Of a stretch of 64,000 bases of DNA, positions 34,134-44,592 are shown in pieces. Under the pieces are notes generated by a model. It made no database searches, had not been told where the DNA came from, and saw nothing but the letters and a program-made list of their open reading frames with translations. The stretch lies in IMG/VR virus record IMGVR_UViG_3300019378_000009, positions 1 through 64,000 of that record. One strand, 5' to 3'. Within the stretch, counting starts at the first letter, position 1; each line of letters starts with the position of its first letter. The position numbers and the translations under genes are program-made. The stretch is from a virus. Its lineage: Duplodnaviria > Caudoviricetes.

Positions 34134-34320
34134 TATAAATACAGAGAATGTAGAAGTTTGGAACATTCACGATCCATTTATGCCTACACAATATGAATTT
34201 AGAGGCTATCTTGATAGTTGGAAGCAATGTAGATGCGGCCGGACCTGCAATATGCGTGATAGATATTGTGGAACTTGCGGACAAAAATTAGGTTTTCCTG
34301 ATTTTCCTGAAGAAAAATAA
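34114..34320 (+). CDS. Zn-ribbon protein
   Basis: CRCG..YCGTCGQKL. Confidence 0.7.
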   Translation: MEIQSSNINTENVEVWNIHDPFMPTQYEFRGYLDSWKQCRCGRTCNMRDRYCGTCGQKLGFPDFPEEK

Positions 34321-34399
34321 AAATTTTGAGCCAAAACTTGATTTTTGGCTCTTTTTATGTTATAATTATTATAGAAAAGAACCGAGAAAGGAGTTTTCA

Positions 34400-34723
34400 G
34401 TGAAAAACAAAAAAGAATTTTGTGTTTCTGTGATTAGAAGTTATTTACGAACTAAAAAAATTTCTTTTAAAGAAATTGAAGCAAACAGTGGTACAATGTA
34501 TTTCAGATTGTTGTTGCCAACTTCTGCGCCATGTTTGAGATTAGCGGACCACCCTTGCGGTAAGAGTAAACCTAGTGTAACAATTTATTGGATGGTCGGC
34601 ACAAATGCTAAAAACAAACATTTAAAGCGTAGAATTGAAATGACAATTGATAAGATGATACGAATTTCAAAAATCGGAACAACTTTAGGAACAATAAACA
34701 GATTGGAGAATATGCATGGATAA
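34400..34723 (+). CDS. hypothetical protein
   Basis: promoter 34338-34366, AGGAG SD, LRLADH motif. Confidence 0.7.
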   Translation: MKNKKEFCVSVIRSYLRTKKISFKEIEANSGTMYFRLLLPTSAPCLRLADHPCGKSKPSVTIYWMVGTNAKNKHLKRRIEMTIDKMIRISKIGTTLGTINRLENMHG

Positions 34724-36581
34724 ACAAAATATAAACTATGGCGCAGAAGACATAGTAAGCTTATCTGCAGGCAGAGCATTTAGAGAAAAAATAGGAATGT
34801 ATCTAAGTGCCGATCGACAAGAAGCAATAAATCTTGGCTTGCGCGAATTAATTGTTAATGTACAAGACGAATATGAAGTGTTTAAGCCAAAAAATCCGTT
34901 ATTGAAAATAACTTTGGATACCAAAACTCACACTATTAGCGTAGAAGATAATATGCGTGGCATACCAGTAGGTATAAGAAAAGATGGCATGAATTCCCTT
35001 ACTGCTGCGTTTTTGATTCCTCACTCTGGCGGTAAGCATAGTGAGGGAGCATATTCTAGTGCAGTTGGTATTAATGGAGAAGGAAATAAGGTTGTATGTC
35101 ACACAGCCAAGTGGCTCGAAGTTACTGTTAAGCGAGACGGCAAAGTGTATAAACAACGCTTTGAGAGCGACAATGAAGGCGCCAAAGCAATTACAGGAGT
35201 AATAGAGGCCAAGGGTGATAATACTACCGGCACATATATTATATATAAACCAGATCCAGAAGTATATGGAGATTGTTTTATAGATATTGAATCTTTGCGC
35301 GATATGTTAACAGAAATTTCTTATTTTACAATAGGACTGAAGATTATTCTTGTAGTTGATGGAAAAGAGGAAATTTTCTTGTGTAAAAATGGTTTGGTTG
35401 ACGGACTAAATCATCCCAATCCCGTTTCCAAACCGTTTTCATACTTTTACGAAACAGATGATTGTAAAGTAGAGTTAGCTTTGCAGTGGGTAAGCAAAAA
35501 AGGCGAAATTAGAGGTTATGCAAATGGTTTGTATATGCCAGATGGAGGCGCATTTATTACTGGTTTTAAAACATCGCTTACAAAAGTGTTTAATAATTTA
35601 AGCGGTGAAAAATTCACAGGAGAACAAATCAGAGATGTGTTAGATGGTTTTGTATCTGTAAAAGTGCGCATGGGTCAATTTTCCAATCAGGCTAAAACAG
35701 CTCTTGCAAATCCCGAAGCGCGCACAGCAGCCTCAACTGCAATCACAAATGCAATAAAAGATTTTGCATCAAAAAATGCGGCAGATTTTAATAAAGTTGT
35801 AGAATTATTAAATAAGGTTGTTAAAGCAGAAGTTGCGGCAGAAAATGCTCGAAAGAAAGTTTTAGAGTCAACAAAAGAAATAGAAAGAAATCAAAAACGC
35901 AAAGTATTTGCGAGCGACAAATTGAAGGATGCAGAATTTTTAGGTGAAAATAGTACTCTTCTTATTGTAGAAGGTGACTCGGCTTTGGGTGGAATTGCTC
36001 AAGCAAGAGATTACACAAAGTATGGAATACTTGCGATACGCGGAAAAATTATAAATTGCCTTGCTAATAAAGAAGAAGATATTTTTGATAATGAAGAAAT
36101 TAAGTTGCTATTAAGTGCAATGAATATTATACCGGGAGCATACAATAATAAAAAGCTAAGGTATGGTAAAATAGGAATTTGTGTGGACGCTGATAGCGAT
36201 GGCGGTCATATAGCATTACTTATTATGGCAGCACTCTATCATTTGGCGCCCGATTTTATCAAAGAAGGAAGATTATGTTGGCTACATTCTCCCCTATATA
36301 TAGTAACTAATGGCACTAAAGAGTCATATTATTATACAGACGAAGAGTTTGATAAAGTACGCAGTAAAATTACAGGAACAGTTACTCGTGCTAAAGGTTT
36401 GGGTGAACTTTCATCTGAAACAGCAAAGGCATCTATGTTTACTGCTCCCCAACAACGCTTGGAAGTGTTATCTTATTCAACTGCTGGTGTAGAACTATTA
36501 AGTGAATTAATGGGTGACGACTCTGAGTTGCGTAGAAATTATATAGTAAAAAATATTGATTTTAGTACGATAAGGGAGTAA
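34716..36581 (+). CDS. gyrB: type IIA topoisomerase subunit B
   Basis: GMY, DNMRGIP, HSGGK, VEGDSA, RGKIIN, DADSDG. Confidence 0.92.
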   Translation: MDKQNINYGAEDIVSLSAGRAFREKIGMYLSADRQEAINLGLRELIVNVQDEYEVFKPKNPLLKITLDTKTHTISVEDNMRGIPVGIRKDGMNSLTAAFLIPHSGGKHSEGAYSSAVGINGEGNKVVCHTAKWLEVTVKRDGKVYKQRFESDNEGAKAITGVIEAKGDNTTGTYIIYKPDPEVYGDCFIDIESLRDMLTEISYFTIGLKIILVVDGKEEIFLCKNGLVDGLNHPNPVSKPFSYFYETDDCKVELALQWVSKKGEIRGYANGLYMPDGGAFITGFKTSLTKVFNNLSGEKFTGEQIRDVLDGFVSVKVRMGQFSNQAKTALANPEARTAASTAITNAIKDFASKNAADFNKVVELLNKVVKAEVAAENARKKVLESTKEIERNQKRKVFASDKLKDAEFLGENSTLLIVEGDSALGGIAQARDYTKYGILAIRGKIINCLANKEEDIFDNEEIKLLLSAMNIIPGAYNNKKLRYGKIGICVDADSDGGHIALLIMAALYHLAPDFIKEGRLCWLHSPLYIVTNGTKESYYYTDEEFDKVRSKITGTVTRAKGLGELSSETAKASMFTAPQQRLEVLSYSTAGVELLSELMGDDSELRRNYIVKNIDFSTIRE

Positions 36582-36587
36582 ATAAAT

Positions 36588-36833
36588 ATGATTGTTTTGT
36601 ATTATAATCCGCAAGATTATAAAAATGTGGGTTATGAAGAATTAAATAATTTATATCATTATATATGTAAAATTGCTATAAAAGAAAATAAAGATAATCA
36701 AAATATAATTCTAATGCCAAAACATTTGGAATTAAGAGAATTAAATAATCAAGAACTTGTTGAATGGTATAAACAACTAAAAGACACTATAAAAACAGTA
36801 GAAAGGGAGCTGGGCGACAGATGGGAGAATTAA
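36588..36833 (+). CDS. hypothetical protein between topoisomerase genes
   Basis: 81-aa ORF with SD. Confidence 0.65.
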   Translation: MIVLYYNPQDYKNVGYEELNNLYHYICKIAIKENKDNQNIILMPKHLELRELNNQELVEWYKQLKDTIKTVERELGDRWEN

Positions 36834-39052
36834 AACCAATTATAGAACAAAGTTTTAATCAATACGCAGGAGCGGTTTTACAATCAAGAGCGCTCATAGA
36901 CTCTAGAGATTGTATTAAACCTTCTGCGCGACAGATTTTATATTCTATGCATGAACGAAAACTTGTGCATAATAAACCCCACAAGAAAACTGCAAATGCA
37001 GTTGGTATGGCAATGGCGGATTATTATATACATGGCGATGCTTCTTGTGAGGGTATTATCATGCGCGCAGGTCAAACATTTTCTATGCGCTATCCACTTA
37101 CAGATGTTAAAGGTAACGCAGGTTCTTTAATTAAAAGCGGCAACTGGGCAGCAATGCGTTATACAGAAAGTCGTACTTCGGCACTTATGGAGGAAATATT
37201 TGGAGATATAGAAAAAAATACCATAGACGATTGGCGCAATAACTATGATAATACTAAGCAATATCCAGGAGTGCTACCTTCAAAAGGATTTTATAATATA
37301 TGCAATGGTAGTTTTGGAATAGGTATAGGCATGAGCAGCTCCATTCCACAATTTAATCTTAAAGAAATAAATGCGGCTTTGGAGAAGTTATTACTAAATC
37401 CGAATATTCCAGATGACGACATTATTGTTATGCCTGATTTTGCAACTGGCGCTTGTCTACTCAACCCGTCAGAAGTAAAAGAAAGTTTGAAAAATGGTAA
37501 TGGCAAATCTTGCCTTTTGCGTTCAGTTATTAACTACGATGCGAAAGAAAACTGTTTGGTTGTTACAGAAATACCTTATTCCGTTTATACAAATACTATT
37601 AATGCAGAACTTGACGCAATACTTGAAGATGAACATAATCCCGGTATTGATAGATATAACGATTTAACTGGTAAAACACCACTTATAAAAATATATTTAA
37701 ACAAGGGCGCAAATCCTCAAAGTATTTTGAAATATTTATATAAAAACACTTCTCTCCAATATTGGTATGCAATTAATTTGACTATGCTTGAAAATGGTCG
37801 ATACCCCAAGTTATTTACTTGGAAAGAAGCTCTTCAATCACACATAGATCATGAAAAAGTTGTATATCGTCGCGGTTTTGAATATGATAAAAATAAGGCA
37901 GAAGATAGACTTCACATAGTTGAAGGATTACTTATTGCTCTTGCAAATATAGATGAAGTAGTTCATACAATTAAAACTTCTTCTTCTGTTGCCGTTGCAA
38001 ATGAACTATTGCGGAAAAAATTTATTTTAACCGAAACTCAAACAAAAGCAATTTTGGATATGAAATTGAGTCGTTTGGCACATTTGGAAGTAGAAAAGTT
38101 AGAAAAAGAAAAAGTTGAATTGCTTTATACAATTAATCAAATTTTATTAATTTTAAATAGTGAAGAATTATTTAATGAGCAAATCATTAAAGGATGGCGT
38201 GAAGTTTCTAGAAAATTTGGAGATGAGCGCAGAACAAAAATTACGCCAATGGAAGAAGAAGAAGCACCAAAGCTCAATAATAAAAATGTAGTAGTAATGA
38301 TTACAGATACAAATGAAGTAATTGTTACAGAACCTTTTGATAAAATTAATGCTAGTGTCAAAACTCATGAATGGTATAAAAAGAAATTTAAAACTGGTTG
38401 TATGTGTAAACTTTTAGATACTATTTACTCCTATGGCGCAGATGGAAAAATATATAATATCAATCCTTTTAAAACAACAGATGTAACTGATTGTGTGGGC
38501 TTGTTTAGAACAGACGAAAAGAAATATATTATTCATGTAACGAACAAGGGAACAGTAAAGAAGTCGCTAATTACAGAATATAATGGTTTTAAACGCAATC
38601 CCGTAGTTGGTAAATTGCGTGATGGAGAGTCAGTAGTATTTGTTGGAGCAGCAAACGATGAAGATTATCTTTTGATGCTTGGTGTCAATGGTAAGGTAAG
38701 TAAGATATTAGTTTCTGATTTTACTACTACTGGACGCAACACAATTGGAGTAAAAGGTATGGCTGTTGGAGTAGTATCTGCATGCATAGCAAGTGAAAAC
38801 GATCATATTGGTTGTATTAGTGATGAAAAGTATAAAATTACTGTCTGCTCTGATTATTCCATAAGCGGCAAAAATGCTTTGGGTTATGCTATTGCTGAAA
38901 ATACGATTGCGCTGACTACAATCCCAAAGAAAGAATTTTATCTAATAGAAAACGGCGTTAAAATAACACATTTTGGAGCTTCTGAATACACTCCTAAAGG
39001 CAAATCTGCGCAAGGAAATAAAACAACAAAGGATGCAAAATTTATATGGTAA
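36821..39052 (+). CDS. gyrA: type IIA topoisomerase subunit A
   Basis: HGD, AAMRYTE catalytic Tyr, PDFATG, degenerate pinwheel CTD. Confidence 0.92.
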   Translation: MGELKPIIEQSFNQYAGAVLQSRALIDSRDCIKPSARQILYSMHERKLVHNKPHKKTANAVGMAMADYYIHGDASCEGIIMRAGQTFSMRYPLTDVKGNAGSLIKSGNWAAMRYTESRTSALMEEIFGDIEKNTIDDWRNNYDNTKQYPGVLPSKGFYNICNGSFGIGIGMSSSIPQFNLKEINAALEKLLLNPNIPDDDIIVMPDFATGACLLNPSEVKESLKNGNGKSCLLRSVINYDAKENCLVVTEIPYSVYTNTINAELDAILEDEHNPGIDRYNDLTGKTPLIKIYLNKGANPQSILKYLYKNTSLQYWYAINLTMLENGRYPKLFTWKEALQSHIDHEKVVYRRGFEYDKNKAEDRLHIVEGLLIALANIDEVVHTIKTSSSVAVANELLRKKFILTETQTKAILDMKLSRLAHLEVEKLEKEKVELLYTINQILLILNSEELFNEQIIKGWREVSRKFGDERRTKITPMEEEEAPKLNNKNVVVMITDTNEVIVTEPFDKINASVKTHEWYKKKFKTGCMCKLLDTIYSYGADGKIYNINPFKTTDVTDCVGLFRTDEKKYIIHVTNKGTVKKSLITEYNGFKRNPVVGKLRDGESVVFVGAANDEDYLLMLGVNGKVSKILVSDFTTTGRNTIGVKGMAVGVVSACIASENDHIGCISDEKYKITVCSDYSISGKNALGYAIAENTIALTTIPKKEFYLIENGVKITHFGASEYTPKGKSAQGNKTTKDAKFIW

Positions 39053-39213
39053 AACACAGATATGAAAATTTATGTAAAAAATATGACATTACCGTTGAAG
39101 AAATAGATGCGGCAATAGAGCAAATTAATTTTGGTGCTATTGCCTGCGATGGAATAGTATTAGTTGCTTTATGTGAATTAATTGTTTCGGGGGATATACC
39201 AGATGGCAAGTAA
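39046..39213 (+). CDS. hypothetical 55-aa protein
   Basis: overlaps both neighbours in operon. Confidence 0.5.
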   Translation: MVKHRYENLCKKYDITVEEIDAAIEQINFGAIACDGIVLVALCELIVSGDIPDGK

Positions 39214-39778
39214 ACGCAGTCCGTATGATTTTTATCCAACGCCTCAAAGTGCAATTGATGCATTATTGGAAAATTTAAGAAAATATAATATAAATTTGGG
39301 TGACAGGGTTTTAGAACCCTGTGCCGGCGATGGCGCTCTAATAGAGAGAATGAGTATGTATTATCCAGATAGTGAAATTCAGGCTTATGATATAGATGAA
39401 AGTCATTTGCCGTTTTTACAGAAATTGTGTGAAAGAGGAGATATACTTTGTTATGGTACGCACGATGTTTTAGATTTAACCCCAAGTGAAATCAACGCTT
39501 TTGATACTATTATAACCAACCCTCCTTTTTCTATTTCTCAAGAAATAGTAGAGCATATACTAGAACATAAAAAGCCGCAAACAACTTTTATAATTTTGCA
39601 AAGACTTGGATTTTTAGGTTCTCAAAAACGTCATGAAATGTGGAATAAGTATCCGCCAGACGCTGTTTGGGCCTTAAGTAAGCGACCAAGTTTTACCGGC
39701 TCTGGAACAGATGCACATGAATATGGTTGGTTTATTTGGGGCGATATTAAGAAAGCGCCGCCAGTTATTGCAATTTGA
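39203..39778 (+). CDS. amino (N6A/N4C) DNA methyltransferase
   Basis: FYPTP, LEPCAGDG, NPPF. Confidence 0.88.
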   Translation: MASKRSPYDFYPTPQSAIDALLENLRKYNINLGDRVLEPCAGDGALIERMSMYYPDSEIQAYDIDESHLPFLQKLCERGDILCYGTHDVLDLTPSEINAFDTIITNPPFSISQEIVEHILEHKKPQTTFIILQRLGFLGSQKRHEMWNKYPPDAVWALSKRPSFTGSGTDAHEYGWFIWGDIKKAPPVIAI

Positions 39779-39858
39779 AATTTGACAAGTTTGAAAATTT
39801 GCTTTTTCAAGAAAAATGCGTTATAATATTTATAGAAAAGATGAAAGCGAGAAAAAAA

Positions 39859-40155
39859 ATGAAAATTATTGCACGACCGCAATGCACTGGCAAAACAAAA
39901 GAAATCCTTCAACTTTCTATTGATACAGATACGCCAATTTGGTGTCTATCTGAAAGTAAGCGCAAAAGTCTTGAAGAAAAATCTCTTACTTATTTTGGTA
40001 AAATGGCAGAAGTAATATGCGGAAGCGAGCTTTTGCATGCAGAAGTGTCTGCTGTAATTATTGATGATGTAGAAAAGATGATTGGTTTTCTTGTTAATGA
40101 TTATTCTTATTCACCAGTAGAAGTGGCGGCTGTTTCCATAACAACGGAAAATTGA
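39859..40155 (+). CDS. small P-loop-like protein
   Basis: RPQCTGKT and VIIDD. Confidence 0.6.
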   Translation: MKIIARPQCTGKTKEILQLSIDTDTPIWCLSESKRKSLEEKSLTYFGKMAEVICGSELLHAEVSAVIIDDVEKMIGFLVNDYSYSPVEVAAVSITTEN

Positions 40156-40307
40156 TTTTCAAAATTAGACAGCTTTGGAAGTTTGACTTTTATTAAAATT
40201 TATGATATAATATTTATAGAAAAAACACGAGAGATTTGCCCACTCTCTGTGAAATAAAACAAATAAAATAAACAAACAATTTTTAAAATTAAAGGAGAAT
40301 ATTTAAA

Positions 40308-40595
40308 ATGGCAGATATTAAGATTACAGAGAGACCCCTTAGTGAGAACGCAAAAGTTGTTCTTGCTTATTTGAAGGCAAATGACAATGGAGAAGTTGGT
40401 TACTTTGGTAACGAGATTGCAGAGGCTTGTGGTATGAGCCCTGTTGGTATTCAGGGTACCCTTAATTCTCTTGTAAAGAGAGAGCTTGTTGGTAAGGGTC
40501 AGAGAGAGAAGGAATTCTCTAACAAGGCTGGTTCTGGTGTTAAGCCCTATACTACCTACTTCATTACTGATGCAGGTCGCGCTTACGAGGCTTAA
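40308..40595 (+). CDS. winged-helix DNA-binding protein
   Basis: EIAEACGMS..GTLNSLVKRELV..YFITDAG; strong promoter and terminator. Confidence 0.8.
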   Translation: MADIKITERPLSENAKVVLAYLKANDNGEVGYFGNEIAEACGMSPVGIQGTLNSLVKRELVGKGQREKEFSNKAGSGVKPYTTYFITDAGRAYEA

Positions 40596-40648
40596 TTTAA
40601 GCTGTAAGCTACAACAAATTAACTAACTAACTTGTATTGATAAGAATT

Positions 40649-40677
40649 GGCGCTACGGGCTTAGCGCCTTTTATTTT
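40649..40677 (+). terminator. intrinsic terminator
   Basis: GGCGCTA/TAGCGCC plus T tract. Confidence 0.75.
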
Positions 40678-40734
40678 CAAAATGGGTAAGAATATGAACA
40701 TTACAAGATTTTAATATTTAATGGAGAAAAACAA

Positions 40735-41628
40735 ATGATTAAGAAGAATGATGTATTTATTATCGGTGAAGTTGTAGAAGTAAAGACTGATGTTCGTATT
40801 TCTAGCGAAAACAAAAAGTACATTAGCGGAAAGGTTTCTGTTAAGGTAAACGATAATGGCGTAGAAAATATTATTGATGTTTCTATTTTTGCGTATGAAA
40901 AGACCAAGAATGGAACAGACAATAAATTGTTTAAGTCTTACACTACTCTCGAGAGTATGCTTAATAAGAGAGTTCGTGTAACTGGCTCTCTTGGTGAGGG
41001 CAGCATAGTAGATGAAAGCTCTGGAGATGTAAGACATTTCAATCAGATTAATGGCAAGTTTATTAACCTTGCTTACAATACTGACACAGAAGATAAGGCA
41101 ACATTTGAGTTCTCTGGTTTTGTAACCAGGCCTATTTATGAGCGTAAGGATAAGGAAGACAATCTTCTCGGCTACCGCATCGAGGTTGCTCAGGCAAATT
41201 ACAATGATACCGGTCTGTTTGTTATTCGTTTCGATGTGAATAAGAATGATGTAGATAAAGCTCGTGTTATCGAAGCTAATTATCTTACTAAATCAACCGT
41301 AGAATTTTCTGGAACACTTGGTTCTATTACTTCAGTAGAGACCAAAACTGTTCCCGCAGATTTTGGTGAACCCCTTGTAAAGACTTTTGTTAAGACTGAG
41401 AAGACTTATACTATTCAGTCTGGCACCAATCCTCTCGCAGAAGATGATGAAAATGCATATAGTGAAGAGATGATTAAGAAGCTCGTTGCCGCATATAAGC
41501 AGGCAGACGCAGAGAGAGTAGAAAAGGCAAGAAATGCAGCAACTGAAACTGCATCTGTTCCTACTATGAATGCTGCAGCAGCCGCTATGGGCGCTATTAC
41601 TCGTAGCGCAACAGCTTCTCTTATATAA
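40735..41628 (+). CDS. probable tandem-OB ssDNA-binding protein
   Basis: two OB-like beta domains; position before AAA protein. Confidence 0.65.
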   Translation: MIKKNDVFIIGEVVEVKTDVRISSENKKYISGKVSVKVNDNGVENIIDVSIFAYEKTKNGTDNKLFKSYTTLESMLNKRVRVTGSLGEGSIVDESSGDVRHFNQINGKFINLAYNTDTEDKATFEFSGFVTRPIYERKDKEDNLLGYRIEVAQANYNDTGLFVIRFDVNKNDVDKARVIEANYLTKSTVEFSGTLGSITSVETKTVPADFGEPLVKTFVKTEKTYTIQSGTNPLAEDDENAYSEEMIKKLVAAYKQADAERVEKARNAATETASVPTMNAAAAAMGAITRSATASLI

Positions 41629-41641
41629 GAGGTGAACGGGT

Positions 41642-42646
41642 ATGGCAATCAATCTTGATGATGTAAAACCTAATGTGGTTACTGCCGACCCTGTGAGTAA
41701 AATTTGGTTGTTTTATGGAGAGATGGGCACAAGAAAGACTTCTGTAGCTTGTGCCTTCCCCAACCATTTGCTTATCGCTTATGATATTGGATATAAGTTT
41801 ATTAATGGCGCTAATGCTCTTCCAGTACAGAACTGGAATGATTTTAAGAGTGTTACAAAGCAGTTAGATTTACAAAAGAATAAAGATAGATTTTCTACCG
41901 TTATTATTGATACTGCCGGTAAGTGTTATCAAGCTTGTTACAAGTATATGTGTAACCAGATGGGAGTTAGTGATCCCACAGAAGCAGGTAAGTATGGTAT
42001 TGGTTGGAAGAAAATTCGTGATGAATTTGAAACCACTATCTATTCTATTGCACAAAAAGGTTATGGTGTAATTCTTCTTGCTCATTCAGATGAGGTGGAA
42101 AAGGAAGATTCTACAACAAAACAGAAATATATCCAAACAAAAATTGATACAGATAGACGACCAGAAATTATCATAAAACAGATGTCAGACTTTGTGTTTT
42201 ATTTGCACAAAGAAATAAAACCAGAAACAAATGAGCCTACAGTATATGCTTACACCAACTTGGTTCAAATTGATACAAAAACGCGTAGCCGTTATTTCTC
42301 ACCCAAATTTGAGTTTACATATGAAAATTTGTGTGCCGAACTAGAAAATGCGGTGGCAAAGCAGTACGAAATGGAGAATTTGGCACGTCCTGAAAACTAT
42401 GTAGAAATAAATCCTTATGTTAAAGAAGCGGTTAATTTTGCAGAATTAAAAGCAAAAGTAATTAGTTTGGCACAAGATTTGCTGGGTTGTGGAAATATTT
42501 CAGCTGAAAATGATACAACCACATTGCTATCTAATATGTTTAAGGGAGTGCCCGTCAGTCAGGTGGAAGAATCACCCGCAATGATAGAAACCCTACAAGT
42601 TGCTTGTACCTCTCTTGAGGAAATAAAGGAGCGTTATAGTGTGTGA
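41642..42646 (+). CDS. AAA_24/Sak4-like recombination ATPase
   Basis: YGEMGTRKT, VIIDT, G.GW, ILLAH. Confidence 0.8.
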   Translation: MAINLDDVKPNVVTADPVSKIWLFYGEMGTRKTSVACAFPNHLLIAYDIGYKFINGANALPVQNWNDFKSVTKQLDLQKNKDRFSTVIIDTAGKCYQACYKYMCNQMGVSDPTEAGKYGIGWKKIRDEFETTIYSIAQKGYGVILLAHSDEVEKEDSTTKQKYIQTKIDTDRRPEIIIKQMSDFVFYLHKEIKPETNEPTVYAYTNLVQIDTKTRSRYFSPKFEFTYENLCAELENAVAKQYEMENLARPENYVEINPYVKEAVNFAELKAKVISLAQDLLGCGNISAENDTTTLLSNMFKGVPVSQVEESPAMIETLQVACTSLEEIKERYSV

Positions 42647-43037
42647 AAAACCGTATTCAAGAGCAGAGCTTGAACAATTGATTAAAGATTTGCTTGATAT
42701 TACGGAGCTTCCATTTCAAATTAAACGACAAATAAGAGATTTTACTGAGCGCGGGTTTACCTACAAAGGCATAGCCCGTGCTCTTTGTTATTTGATAGAT
42801 GCTAAAGGTTTTAATTTTAGAGCATCATATCAACAATATGGAATTGGAATTGTAAAAACCGTATATATAGAAGCGCAGAACTTTTTTGAAAAGTTAAGAC
42901 AAGAAAAAGAAAAGCAAGCTCAAAGACAACAAGAAATCATTTTAGCCGCAAACAACAGTTCGCAGACAATTTATTGCGGCGTTGGTGATATAAAAAAGAA
43001 AGTAAGAAAAAAAGGCATAGATATTTCAAGTTTATAA
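42639..43037 (+). CDS. hypothetical replication-associated protein
   Basis: GIGIV motif; directly upstream of helicase. Confidence 0.65.
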   Translation: MCEKPYSRAELEQLIKDLLDITELPFQIKRQIRDFTERGFTYKGIARALCYLIDAKGFNFRASYQQYGIGIVKTVYIEAQNFFEKLRQEKEKQAQRQQEIILAANNSSQTIYCGVGDIKKKVRKKGIDISSL

Positions 43038-43053
43038 TGGAGTTTAAGGACTA

Positions 43054-44592
43054 ATGAGTATAATTAAAAATGAAGATTTATTTAGCACAGAGGCAGCCAT
43101 GTATGTATGTGGTTGCATTATGCGCAAACCAAGTTTATTGTTGGAAACGGATAGATATATACTCACAGTCCGTGATTTTCCACATAGAATTTTTAAAATC
43201 ATTTTCTCTTGTTTATATAATATGGCATATGAGGGTGTTACTGAAGTAGACCCAGTATCTTTTATTACATATTTACAGCGCACTGAAGTTCAATTTGAAG
43301 TATTCAAAAGTGCAAATGGTGAAATGCTATTAAATATGGTATATGAAAATGCTGCAAATTGGAATGAATCTAATTTTGAAGCAAATTATATGTGGTTGAA
43401 AAAGCTATCTACTTTAAGAGATTTGCAGGAAAATGGTTTTTCTATTGATGATTTTATTAAAGATGATGCACTTTCTCGTGCGGAAAGTTTTGAAAAATTA
43501 AACCACACTACAATTCCAGAAATTATACAAAAAGTAAAGAATAAGTTACAAATAGTTGAAAATAATAACTATAAATCGCAAGAGGTAACTGGTAGTGCCG
43601 CATCCGTAGGAGTCAGAGAACTTCTAGAAGAATTGAAGAATATCCCTGAAGTTGGTATTCCTATTGAAGGAGATATATTAAATTATACAACCAGAGGATG
43701 TCGTAAAGGTAAGATGTATATGTATTCTGCTCCTTCTGGATTTGGTAAGACGAGATGTATGGTAGGTAATGCTTGTCCTATAGCTTTTCCTAAAATTGAA
43801 AGAGGAAAAATATTATCACGCCCAGATTTAAGCAAAGTGTTGTTTATTGCAACAGAAATGCAAAAAGATGAAATACAAACTCTTATTTTAGCTTGGATTA
43901 GTGGCGTAAATGAAGAGCATATTTTGTTGAACACTTGTTCACCAGAAGAAAAAAGATTGCTCAATATAGCCGTTAATATTATGGAGAAGTATCAAGACAA
44001 TTTTATAATTGAAATTGTTACAGATCCTGGTGTAGCTAAATTAAAGCGTATGATAACAAACTATATAATTGAACAAGATGTACAATATGTATTTTATGAC
44101 TATATATTTACTTCACCCTCTCTTATGGCTGAATTTCCTAGTGTTAGAGAAGATGTAGCGTTGATGATGTTATCAAATACTTTAAAAGAAATTGCGGCAG
44201 AATATAATATATTTATAATGACTGGCTCTCAGCTGAACGGAGAATGGCAGAAAACAACAGTACGAAATGCAAATCTTTTACGTGGTGCTAAGGCATTGGC
44301 GGATAAGATAGACGTTGGTATTATTGGTGTATTAGCCACTCCAGAAGAGTTGGAAAATATTGCTGATGTATTGACAACCATGCATTATCAAAAACCTAAT
44401 GTAGTTATGGATATTTATAAAAATCGTCGCGGCAAGATGTGCAATATAAAAATATTTAGATATTTTGATTATGGTACATGTCGTAGCCAAGATATTATAG
44501 CAACACATCAAGATTACAGCGGATTGGGAGATTTGCCAATCTTAAAATATGCAACAACAGAAGAGGAAATGAGTGCTTATGACATTAACTGA
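43054..44592 (+). CDS. dnaB: replicative DnaB-like helicase
   Basis: APSGFGKT, TEM, FYDYI, SQLN, KNRRG. Confidence 0.9.
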   Translation: MSIIKNEDLFSTEAAMYVCGCIMRKPSLLLETDRYILTVRDFPHRIFKIIFSCLYNMAYEGVTEVDPVSFITYLQRTEVQFEVFKSANGEMLLNMVYENAANWNESNFEANYMWLKKLSTLRDLQENGFSIDDFIKDDALSRAESFEKLNHTTIPEIIQKVKNKLQIVENNNYKSQEVTGSAASVGVRELLEELKNIPEVGIPIEGDILNYTTRGCRKGKMYMYSAPSGFGKTRCMVGNACPIAFPKIERGKILSRPDLSKVLFIATEMQKDEIQTLILAWISGVNEEHILLNTCSPEEKRLLNIAVNIMEKYQDNFIIEIVTDPGVAKLKRMITNYIIEQDVQYVFYDYIFTSPSLMAEFPSVREDVALMMLSNTLKEIAAEYNIFIMTGSQLNGEWQKTTVRNANLLRGAKALADKIDVGIIGVLATPEELENIADVLTTMHYQKPNVVMDIYKNRRGKMCNIKIFRYFDYGTCRSQDIIATHQDYSGLGDLPILKYATTEEEMSAYDIN